A model generated the notes under the pieces. That model saw only the letters and a program-made list of their open reading frames with translations, searched no databases and was not told the DNA's origin. A DNA stretch of 33,572 nucleotides from Porpidia crustulata (lineage: Eukaryota): NCBI GenBank assembly GCA_964255105.1, contig CAXUWE010000011.1, positions 1 through 33,572 on the forward strand, given 5' to 3'. Position 1 is the stretch's first letter, and each line of letters starts with the position of its first letter. The position numbers were made by a program, and so were the translations under genes. Below are positions 9,783 to 21,383 of the stretch, one piece after another.

Positions 9783-11012
9783 CTATATGTAGCCTTTCAG
9801 AATTGCACTCTCCGCATTCAAAATTGATGCCCCGGCAGCCCCCAGGACTGTGTTGTGGGTTAAGGCCACGAACTGGATGTCAAAGATACCACTTTCGTCC
9901 TCCCTGATTCTTCCGACGCTGCACGCGTATCCTCCTTCCGTCTCTATATCGAGGCGAGGCTGCGGTCGATCAGCCTCTTCTAAAACGATGATGGCGTGTT
10001 GTGGAGCCGAAGGACACCCCAGGAGTTGCACCTCTGAGGTGTACTCTTTCATCGCATTACAGACCTCGCTCACGGTCGGCGGAGGTCGGTTTACGAATCG
10101 TAACGACACACACACTGTATGGCCATCAAGCACCGGGACACGATTACAGGCAACGGAAATGTGGAGTGGTTGATCGATAAATCCAGGCAGGTCCGTATTC
10201 AAGCTGCCTAAAATCTTGCGAGCTTCAGCTGGAATCTTGGCTTCCTCTCCTGGGATGTATGGAATGATATTGTTAAGGATGTCCATGCCTGATGCAGTTA
10301 GCTGTAATATGTAGAATGTACCGGGCCCTGGGCGCTTTATGGGCAGAAGACTTGATCACTTACTGCTGACGCCAGGATAACCTGCTCCTGATACGGCCTG
10401 CATAGTCACCATGCTCACTTGGTCAATAGGTCCGAATTTTTGAATAAGTGCTGCGGCTGGGATGACGAGGCCGATGACCGCACAGTTTGAATTGCACACA
10501 AGGAGGCCTTTATCTAGTTGATAATGCCGACGCTGTGCTAGGATCGACTCAATATGTCCTAGGTTGACCACCGGAACAATCAGCGGAACCAGGGGTGCCA
10601 ATCGGAAGTTTTTGGCATTTGAAAAGACGGCAAAGTTTGCTGTAAGAAAGGCCAATTCAACATCGCCAGCCACATCAGAATTAAGGCCGGAGAAAATTAT
10701 GTCGCAATTTGTATATTCGGTGGGTACGCAGCGTCGGACGATCAGATTTGCGACTTGTGCGGGCATTGGGATCGACTGCTTCCAACGCACGACATCGGAG
10801 TATTTTTTACCGGCTGAATTTTCGGAAGCTCCTACAGCTACCAGTTCTAGCAGCGGATGTTGAGCGAGCAGGAGAATAAACCGCGTTCCCACCGCTCCAG
10901 TTGCTCCTAAAACACCTGGGAAATGTGAGTCAATGTCTTTCATAATAACCAGTGGAATGGGCTTCATACCGCATCGCTTTTTCGAAGACGTGTGATTGTC
11001 TTTGGAAGACAT
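9783..11012 (-). CDS. HOM2: Aspartate-semialdehyde dehydrogenase
   Basis: Exons 11012-10970, 10915-10364, 10288-9783. Rossmann motif [10 protein letters not shown], catalytic [37 protein letters not shown] and [10 protein letters not shown]. Confidence 0.95.
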
Positions 11013-12106
11013 TGCTGTGTCTCTGTGTGATCCTGAATATCGAGTCAGAGATTCTTCGTTGAGGGAGCCTGGAACTTTTATACACCGACTTGGGAGTCGC
11101 AGTGTCGGAGACCAGACCACGTGACCAAACCGTACAACAACAACTCTATATCTCCTAGAGTTAGCATTTCTATGAGTCCAAAATAGCGAACTTCATAAGG
11201 CGTGCAAGTTGTTGAAATAGTTAGTCTTTTACCTATAGCTGTCCGCACGATCGAGGCTACCTGTAATCCTTACTGCTATAGTCCCAGTTATATCAACCGA
11301 GAGTAACAAAGAGAGCGCTGAAGTAATAGCAGAAGCATGGCTTGTCTGCGATCAGGATAGAAGAAGAGAACGGTGGAAAGAAGCCGCGGGATCATTATTT
11401 TTTCTTATAGTGTGAATAATTAAGCGGGCAGTGGAAGTAGCTACCTACAATTTCAATCGAAGGGACGGCGTCAAACCGCATCGGGGAACTGCTAGGCCGA
11501 ATGCCGGAAGGCGCGCCAATTTCACTAGGACCGTCATTATTTATAAATTTACTCTGCGCTGTATTAATTGCATGAAAAAAGCGAACTTTTTTTAATTGTA
11601 TCGATTTTCTAACGACGACGAGATCTGAGCGATGAAGTTCGTAAAGTCATAATTAAATAGATAAATATTTGAGTAGTTAAATTAAATGTTTAAATGGGGC
11701 CTCGGTAGGGCTGACTCCGCTGACTTTGGACGTACGGTTGACATAACTACATATATACCTTATCCGGCTGCATAATTACAGACGCTAAGGTATTTTACTG
11801 TATGAGTGCGATAAGGTACGTCTGACGCCTCAAAGCATCATGTGCTGTTGTACTGGTTTTACAGAGGAGTCGTCACTTTGCATTCCCCCTTCCAAAGGAT
11901 GATGATGTGCTCTCCGACTCCAAGTTTCACTCACCATAATGTCAGCTGCGGTAGTGTTGAGTTCTCTTCCTCTCTATTCTCTTCCCACAGAAGAATGGTA
12001 TCTGGGACATCTCTTCACGCACCCGGATACCTCGAATTCGGCGCTCCCAAGAATATGATATTAAGGCAGTAGTGCCGAGATTCTACGTGTTCCTACAAGT
12101 ATCATA

Positions 12107-15100
12107 ATGTCTTACTTCTTACCCTCATTCTTCCAGAAGCGCATTCTGCGATATGCCCTTTCCCGACTGGAATTGGTTGATACCGATGATCTGGACTTGG
12201 AGAAGCTGGACGTTACATGGGGAAAGAGGAGCACGGTCGAGTTACGGGATGTTGGGATCAGACTGAAGGTACGAATATAAGACATAAAATGGAGTGAGAA
12301 AATGATACCTTAGTGCACATGCCTCCCACCAGGGATGAAGAGGGGCTGATTTGATATGTCTGTAGAAATTATCTTCCCTAGCACAACTTCCTGAATCTTT
12401 AAATCTAGAAAAGGCCAAGATTCTTCTCCTGAGGATCACCGTCCCTGCAGATCTGTATACCAGTGGCATCTTGATCGAAGTCGAAGGGGTGGAGGTTCGA
12501 TTATGCGTGAGCCCTGCAGAGAAAGAGAAAACAGAGAAAACTGCTTCGAATACCACGTCTAGGAAGATCTCGAGAGGAGTAAAGGCAGATAGAACAAGGA
12601 GTACCCAATTCCGAGTCCATGATCCGGGAGGACCATCACCGCCTCTCTCTTCGGACACTGATGAAGGGAACGACGAAAAACGGTCAAACAAACTACCAAC
12701 TACCAGTGATCTTGCGCAATCCTTTTTGCAAACAGAGCCCCCAAAGGAAAAAGCTGAATTGCAAGCCACTATAGCACAGTCTTACTGTTTGGAGCAGTCT
12801 CAAATATCAACCGCTTCCGAAGGTGAAACTTCCGGTATTGGCGTTGGCGAAGGCTTTTCTTTGCCAGGTTTTCTAGTAGATTTCCTCAAAGGTGTTGTTG
12901 AGCGGATCCAGGTTCGAATCAAGAACGTGGAACTAGATGTGGTCCTGAAGCTGAATGTTCTTTCCGAGACTTCAAACAGTAGCAACATATCAGACAGATC
13001 GGAGAGTGTAACTGTAAGGTTTTTGATTCAAGAATTACAGCTTGATAGCGTCACAAATGAGTATTCGACTTTCAAAGATATTGACTTCCAAGCGGATACT
13101 GGAGCAGAGGCAAAGGATATGCCTTCGTTGCCGAAGAACGAAGGGACGAGGCGGATCTCACTACAGAATATTCGTGGGATGTTATTGTCAGATGCCTCCG
13201 TGTTTGCTAACCTGTCACGATTCGTTCCGCCATCCTCCCCAGAAGCTACGCAGACGGGTGATTTTGAGAGGTCTAATCGTGGCAAACAGGCACCTAGCTC
13301 TCAATCCACCCATTCTTCATCGAGTAGCAACATGAAGTACGATGGACTTTCCGGTCAAGCCATGGGCCGTGCAGTGGAAAGCTCGACAGTATTCGGACGT
13401 TCCACGGCCAGCATCAATAGTGAGAGGTTTGCTAACGCAATCGATACACACGGCTCAGAAGGGGTGTTAGCTCCTCATGATCCACTGCAACTTGAAAGTG
13501 CAGATGTCCAGGACAGCGTCCTTGCAGACTCCTCTTATTCAAGTAGCATCCAAAGTCAATCCGATGATAATATTATTGCCGATCCCGAGATTGTACTTAC
13601 GGATCCTGCGCAGAGCGATGATCTGGCCCTCGCGTTTCGTTGGCAGAACTCCACTCCGTTCCTTGAGGGACTTGAAGACACATCGCCAGAGGACCTTACG
13701 AAGTCGAAAATTTTCAGCCATGAAGAAGCAGAGAGTATGTACATGAGTGCAATCAGTCATGCATCGGCTGGAAGTAGCGCAAAGAGTAGGAGATTACCAG
13801 GCGAATGGGGTGATTCCAGCTCTAGTGAGGAAGAACTAGAACTCAACCCGGATATCTCTCCAGTCGCTCAAGTACAAAATTCTGACTACGCTTTGTTGAA
13901 TCAAGATCACCGTCCGGCGGGTCAACATGAAGCGTACCGTTTACCCGATGTCCTTGATAAAGAACCCTGCGTTACTCCCAAGCAATCAGCTACGCCAGCA
14001 GCGTCGTTATCGGCATTGAACAAAGCTCATACCGTACAACCTACTGCAGTCTTGAACCCGGTTTATGCATCATCGCAACAATCCGAGCACTCCACAAAGT
14101 CGGAAACCCCCCTCATTATTCTTAAGATGTTCGTATTTGTGGATTCTATGGTGATGAAGTTAAGGCATAAACCGATCAGTGCAATCAGCGAGTCTGCGGA
14201 AATTATAGCATCTACAGTAAAATCACACCACCATCGTGCTCATTTCCGACCGTCTTCTTCGAGCATTCCTTCATCCAGTAGCGAGGAGATCGAAGAGCTG
14301 TCTGGACAAGATCTCTTAGTAGAAGTGGGAAATGTTGAGCTTGTCGGTGATGTGGGACTTACAAAACTCACAATCCTGATTATGCAACAGACTGTAGATA
14401 TGCTTGGTACTTTGCACTCCCAGAGAGCCGATGCCGTGATCCCGGAACCACTACCTAAGCTGATTGAGCTCAAAACTCGAAACATTTGCTGGAAGTTCGT
14501 CGATTCAATCAAGGGCTTCACAGTCGCTGGCTCTCAAAATTCCCCTGCCGAAATAGGAATATTACCACTTTCGAGCGGTGCTGAGGTTTTACTGAAAGCT
14601 GTCGTGACAGATATGTGTTCCGTCTATCGGGCAAGCGGGCCCTCAATGAAATTCAGAGTTTCGATGAGGAAGCTTTCATTTGGCTATGATTCAAGCGACA
14701 TTGTATCCTTTGATCCTAGTCTGAAGTTGAGAGAGTCTACGCGGGATACACTCGCGCCTGTTGACAATGACATGGTTTTTATGGGCAGCAATGTACGTGG
14801 GACTCTAAAGATCGAATGTACGACACTTCCCGTTCATGTTTCGCTGGACTTGCGACGACTCGACGAGACTTTTGGTTGGTTCGGCGGCTTCAGCAGCATG
14901 CTTGGTCTTGGAAGCTCAATGATGTCGACTGTGACGGTGGTCGACAAGGTCCGAACCGCGCAGCCCGCCAAACCTCGTCGTGGAGTGCACTTCGAAAACA
15001 GCAAACAAGTAAAACCGCAAGAGCGTCAGGACTACTCAGAACAAAAGATCACGGCAAGAGTTGGGGGAATCGTACTCGATCTTCACGGTACAAGTTCTTC

Positions 15101-18100
15101 AGTTCGACTAGAGAGCAGCGCATTAAAGCTGGTCAGTCGTGCAGAAGGTATTGGCTTGCAACTGGACAAGGTTAATTTCAGCGGGCCATATTTGAGAGTG
15201 GCGAATGAAGTGCCCTCAATTACAACTAAATTAGCAAACATTAGACTGGAATACTTATCAACCCCCAAAGAGGATGACTTGGCTAGACTGTTGAGCCTTT
15301 TGTCGCCGTCTAAGGATAAGTATGAACAGGACGATGATATTTTAATCGATACCCTTATACGTCAAAGGCGCCAGGGCGGCGTTATTCGTGCGACCATCGA
15401 TAGGTTTGACTGCCGTACCTCAGAACTACGCGATCTTGAATATTTTCCAGTACTGGCTGAGGAACTAAAGAAACTCTCAACAGTAACGAAGTATCTTCCT
15501 GAGGATGATCGCCCTGGCATACTGACTCTAGGTCTGGTTCGCAATTGTCAAGTCGAAGTATTTGTTAATGGCAGCTTTGGCACAGCTACGTGCAGTGCCA
15601 GAGAGGTGAAAGTAGCACATGTAACTCTGCCAAATTTGACGGCCTTCGGTATCACCGATGTGCAGATCCAACGAAACAAGTCTCAGGAATTGGTAGGAAA
15701 AGCATTTGCTGCAGACACCGGATACGAGCCCCAGGTGCCAATGATCATGGGAAGATTTGTGGGTAACGAAATGGACCCGACAGTCAAGGTCAAGCTTCAC
15801 AATTTCCGTATCGAGTATCACGTTTCTGTTATCATGGCGGTAATGGGACTCTCAAGCACGATGACAGCTGAAGCAATCATTTTTGATATTGCCAGCTCTG
15901 TTGCTACGGTCACAAATCAGCGAGAGTTTAGCATATCTCCGGCCAAGCCTTTAAGCCAGACCTCGTCAAGTAGTGATAGACCAATCACCACTTCGAAGTC
16001 TTTAAAATTTGAAATCGCCATAAGGGATTCCATTGTCGGGCTGAATCCTCGAAATTCGCCAGGTCGAGGCCTTATAGTCTTGACGGACACCCAATTTAAG
16101 AGTGCCTTGCTCAAAGAGGATGAAGTCACTGCATCTCTAGAGATACGGAAAGCATACCTCATGATCATCGATGACGTCCTGAACGTAGTCACAGTAGACA
16201 TTCCGATGAGAGACAGCTCTTCTAGCGGTCAGCATAGCCAAATACAAGGTCTGTCAGACATGGGCTATGTTTCTGTTGGCTATATATCGGCAGCACAAGC
16301 TACCATTAAGGTGGTAGATATAGATGGATGTCAGTCTATTGATGTCGAGGTTAAAGATGATCTCTTGGTGCTCGAATCATGCGCCGACTCAACACAAACT
16401 TTGCTGTCTATTATGAATGGCATGAGCCCACCAAAGCCGCCAAGCTCAGAGCTCAAATATCGAACAGAGGTCGTCCCAGTTCAGGATATGCTGGCTTCTC
16501 TATCTGGTAATGCTTTTGCTGCTGGGGACAACAATGACGGCAGCAACGAAGACTATCTATTGGGTCTTGAAGACGGCGATATGGTGGACGATGACGTGCC
16601 AGAAAACTTAGAGTTCGTCAGCAGCTTTTACAATCCTGATCCGGACGGACTTTATGATGGTATTGCAGAAAGTATGCTCGAGGACGACTTGGAAAGCATA
16701 GCGAGCCCGCCAGGGACTCAAGAAATCGGCGAAAGAAGATCTCTTGCAAGCTTTGAAGAGAAGTGTCAAGTTGCTCCGGGCGGTGCGCCTCTTGACTTTC
16801 GAGAAGATCATTTTGGAGTCAGCTCATCGATTGGGGGCACGGCACACAGATGGGATACCAAGCAAAACACCTATGAGCTGACGAACGACTTCAAGATTGC
16901 CAGAAGTCCTTTGAGAATACGTGTACGTGATGTACATTTCATATGGAACTTGTTTGATGGCTATGATTGGGAACATACAAGAGATGTAATAAGTCAAGCT
17001 GTCGCAGATGTTCAGGGCAAGGCTTTTGAACGCCACTTGAAAGCCGACGGGCGAAAGTCGCTTGATGCAGAGGAGGAGGAAGAATCTGTCATTGGGGACT
17101 TTCTATTCAATTCCATTTATATTGGGATTCCCGCAAACCGTGACCCTCGAGATTTGTCTCGACAAGTCAACCGCAACCTAGATGATTTGGTAAGTGAGAC
17201 GGAAAGCTATGCAACGTCATCAGCCTCAGGCTCGCCAAGTCGGCAAGCCCACGGGTCGCGCTTAAAAGGAAAAAGGTTGCGACTTAGTCGCAGTAAGCTC
17301 CACAAAATGACATTCGAGTTGAAGGGAGTCTCTGCAGATTTCATTGCCTTTCCAACTGGTCTGGAAGAAACCCAGAGCTCGTTAGACGTCCGAGTGCATG
17401 ACCTGGATATCTTTGATCATGTGTCTACTTCGACGTGGAAAAAGTTTGCAACCTATATGCATGACGCTGGAGAGCGAGAGAGTGGTACAAGCATGATTCG
17501 CCTTGAGATCTTGAATGTGAAGCCGGTGCCCACACTCGCAGCTTCGGAGATAATCCTGAAAGCTACTGTACTTCCCCTTCGACTACACGTTGATCAAGAT
17601 GCCCTTGACTTCATGACTCGATTTTTCGAGTTCAAAGACGACTCTGCTCCGATGCCCAGCTCCAAGTCGGAGCCCCCATTCCTCCAGCGTGTCGAAGTAA
17701 ATTCTGTCCGATTGATGCTCGACTTTAAGCCAAAACGTGTTGATTATGCTGGTCTTCGCTCCGGCCGCACAAACGAGTTCATGAATTTCTTTATTCTTGA
17801 TCGCGCAGATATGGTACTCCGGCACGTCATCATTCATGGCGTCTCTGGCTTCGACAGACTCGGCCAGATGCTCAACGACATCTGGATGCCAGACATCAAG
17901 CGCAATCAGCTCCCGGGGGTCCTTGCTGGGCTAGCACCCGTGAGATCTCTAGTTAACGTTGGAGGTGGAGTTCGGGACCTTGTGGTCGTACCCATACGAG
18001 AATATAGGAAAGATGGGAGAGTAGTCCGGAGTCTGCAGAAAGGCGCCCTAGCGTTTGCCAAGACTACCACAACTGAATTGGCTAAACTGGGAGCTAAACT

Positions 18101-18573
18101 TGCGATTGGTACTCAAACGGTGCTGCAAGGCGCCGAAGGATTTCTCACTCAGCCTTCCCAGCAGACATTGGATGTATCTGCAGGCTGGGAGGATAGCGAC
18201 TTGGAAGAAGACGAGAAGAAACAAATCAGCCTTTACGCCGATCAGCCTGTCGGCGTGGTACAAGGACTCCGAGGTGCCTACGCCAGCCTTGAACGAGATC
18301 TTCTCACGGCCAGAGATGCCATTGTAGCGATGCCTGGGGAGGTAATGGAAAGCGGAACGGCGGGTGGAGCGGCGAGAGCGGTATTGCGCGGAGCGCCTAC
18401 CATTATATTGAGGCCGGCCATGGGAGTCACCAAAGCTGTTGGGCAGACACTGATGGGGGCGACGAACAGCCTCGACCCTGGTAATAGGAGGAGAATCGAA
18501 GATGTAAGTTCTAGGATTTCTTGACTAGTACGACAACGGCTAATGATCCACGTAGAAATACAAGAAACACTAG
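12107..18573 (+). CDS. ATG2: Autophagy-related lipid transfer protein Atg2 (~2105 aa)
   Basis: Exons 12107-12268, 12366-18503, 18556-18573. N-terminus [21 protein letters not shown] (chorein-N like), CAD-type [11 protein letters not shown] motif, [31 protein letters not shown] and C-terminal SLYADQP...RRIEDKYKKH. Confidence 0.95.
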
Positions 18574-21383
18574 CTTTTAACGACGGTAATGATTTGCATG
18601 TCCATGGCACTGGAGTTTGGGGCAACTGGTGGGTGTCTGCATAGCGAGGCTTGAGCATTTTTAAACCCGGTTTCCCTGATGTGTTTATAAGAGATCGTGA
18701 CGCTGAATCTTATAGCCACGGCTATAATGACTAAAACCGAATGAGATGTGGTATATTATTTACCTACTTGCCATGAGACGAAAATTTTAGAATCATCGTA
18801 TCCCGAACTCCAAGTCCTCTGCCTTATTTTCCAGTGAGGCGTGCAGCACTCGCGAAAAAATCGAAATGAAAAGCGACCGTATGAGCGATTGTGTTACTTT
18901 TGTCAATTTCGATGCTAAAGCGGTTGCTCGAAGGATGTTTCTTACGGTAAATACGGACATAGATAATTGAATGACTAGGTATCGTTGCGGTAATGAAACC
19001 CCGTTCACCTGGCCTTCGCTTTCTCCATGCTATTGCTGCATAGAAATGTTTCACACTCGCAAAAGACGCAGCAATCGTCTACGAAGGAAGCCATGCCATC
19101 ATTTGCTGCAGGATTGGGTACACCGCGCATGCGGCGAGGCTGCCAGAAAAAACCATCGGCAAACATCTCACGCCGGAGTTGCGCTGTATTTTCACCACCC
19201 TGAAAAACAATCATAGGAGCACATATACCTGGGCGAGATGGAGCTGTGGCAAGGCCCAGGGACTAGAGCATGAAATAGGAGCAACGTCGAGAGAGCTGAT
19301 TCAGATAGTTGGAGCTCAAGACGTAGTCAAGTGAAGATTATGAAGATGACGGCTGATAAGACGATAGGATCAATTTCGAAGGCATTCAAACAACGCTGTG
19401 AAGTTTTAATGTATATGAACTGATTAGTCCGCCTGTACATGCTAGATTTCTGGTGATACATGGTCAATTTCCTAATCGACCCACTTGTTGCATATAGGAT
19501 ATTCCTCATTATACTTGATATACCGTGATTCCCTGCGCGAAATATCCAGATTATACTTTGGAGACTGAAGCCCGGGCGTGCGCCTTCACGAAATTACACT
19601 AGTCTGTTCCACCCAGAATATTCAAATAAGTGACGGGCCTGTCCATCTACCAGTATTCGTCGTCATTGTGATTTCCATGATTGACCAGGGAGGGGGTTGA
19701 ATGCCAGGATGGATGATAGCTGATAGATATCTTCTCTTACATTCAGCTAGACTGTGGACTACGGCGGGAAATGACTCGTGACTCAGAGGGGCTACTAAAA
19801 GTCATTAGATGATGAAGGTGGGATAATCCCGGCTAAATTGTTCAATGACTTTTGGCACCCCCGGTGACTCGCTTCCCATATCTCACGTAATCCGGCCTTT
19901 TATCGACGACCTCCCTTCGCGAGATTCTTCAACCAGCTTCTTCATTCTTGGTCTTACCATACCCACCGCTGACCACCGCTACTTTCAATCGGTATTCGTG
20001 GCCTAAGGTATCAAGGGCGCTCGGGTGGGAGAATACTCCCGGCCTACCCAATCTAGAAGTCACTCGGCTTCTCAGCTCTTCCTTCCTCCAGTCCAGAACT
20101 TCGTTCTGATCTATTCCGATATGACTATGTTGCGAAATATTCTTTTCCTTTCTTTCATTCTCTAACAGAGACTCGATTTCACCGGGAATCGTCTACTTCT
20201 TTCCTTGTCCTTCTGTTCGCATTATCGCAGCAGTGGCTGGAGCTTACTCTCCAGTCGTGATCATTTGATTCTATCTTTCCCTGGACCAAAATCCGCTTGG
20301 CCATAAAGAAATAGTACACTTCCAACGGCGAGACGTATATACCATCCCGGGACGCGCAGGACCAGCCGCAGAACCACATTCTCTTCTTGTTAGCTCTTGA
20401 AATCTTGTCATTGGGAGGAGCTAAAGATGCAAATGGAGACTGATTTAGCTACACAGGATTATTAGAAGAAATTGGAAAGCGCCGAAGCTGATCAATATCT
20501 CCTAAAGCTTCTTGCAAACTGCAAAGCCCTCTTGGAGGACCAAGTATGCATTGAACACCATCGTTATCGGTTGCCCCATGCAGGGAGGGGACTGTGTTGT
20601 TGCCTGCGTCGCTCTAGGGTATTGAATACGGAGGAAGAAGACAAGTGGTGTTAGGTATGACCTCGGAAAATGACAGCGGCATACGCTTGCTTTAGTAGGA
20701 CTAGGGCATCCAGCACGGTAGGAGACCTTGTCGTGGCGAAGAGAAGAACTCCAATGATCTGGTGAAGGGATTCGAACTATGCTAGCCAGTACAGACCCTG
20801 GTGAGGATGTGCGGCACATCACTCCTTACCCATCTAGGTACCCTCACCACTCCCTGCCAACGCCATTGAATCCACACTCTTTGGTCCGGACTTCGATAAT
20901 TGTAGGAACTTCATCTGGAGGTATTATTTTGCAAGACTACTATAAGAGCCAAGATCAAGCGCAACTTAGTAACTGTCTTAGAGCCGTGTTGGGGAAGTCT
21001 CTCGAAAACCCAGCTAGCAGCCCTATTTTTCACCAACGTCGATCACCTAACCTCCAACGTCCACCACCACTGTCACCGCTACCTTTCATCACAGGACCAC
21101 AGACTGTAGTACAATTACTTCACCCTGATAACCATAGCCAAGATTCGACTCTCTATAGAAAGAAGGAAAGTGCTCTGGAACAGCAACGTTCTGCTTCGGT
21201 CGCAATACCAAAATCATCGGGGCTGGATCAACCCTTTTTTTGACCATTAGAAAAGTCTCGGCCAGCATCGGAAAGTGCAAGTAATCACACTGCTGGACTT
21301 TTATGTCAATATGTACTACATCTAGCGTTTCTACACTCCCCGTCTTTGCTTGCATCAACGTCTAATCTCCTCATCCTCCTTAG

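Noticed and set aside
522..11012. CNT, ADA, exonuclease and HOM2 as a nucleoside-antibiotic biosynthetic cluster
   Set aside because: No cordycepin/pentostatin-type biosynthetic genes (Cns1 oxidoreductase, Cns2 phosphohydrolase, Cns3 kinase/HisG) are present; HOM2 and ATG2 look like ordinary housekeeping genes.
12242..18658. Numerous short ORFs antisense to or overlapping ATG2 (likewise inside CNT, ADA, HOM2, mae1, rad1 and GCN5)
   Set aside because: Shadow ORFs of real coding sequence with no recognisable motifs.
18793..20822. Short ORFs or a possible ncRNA between ATG2 and the disordered protein gene
   Set aside because: No protein motifs, no consistent exon chain, and no tRNA/snRNA/rRNA signature that I could recognise.
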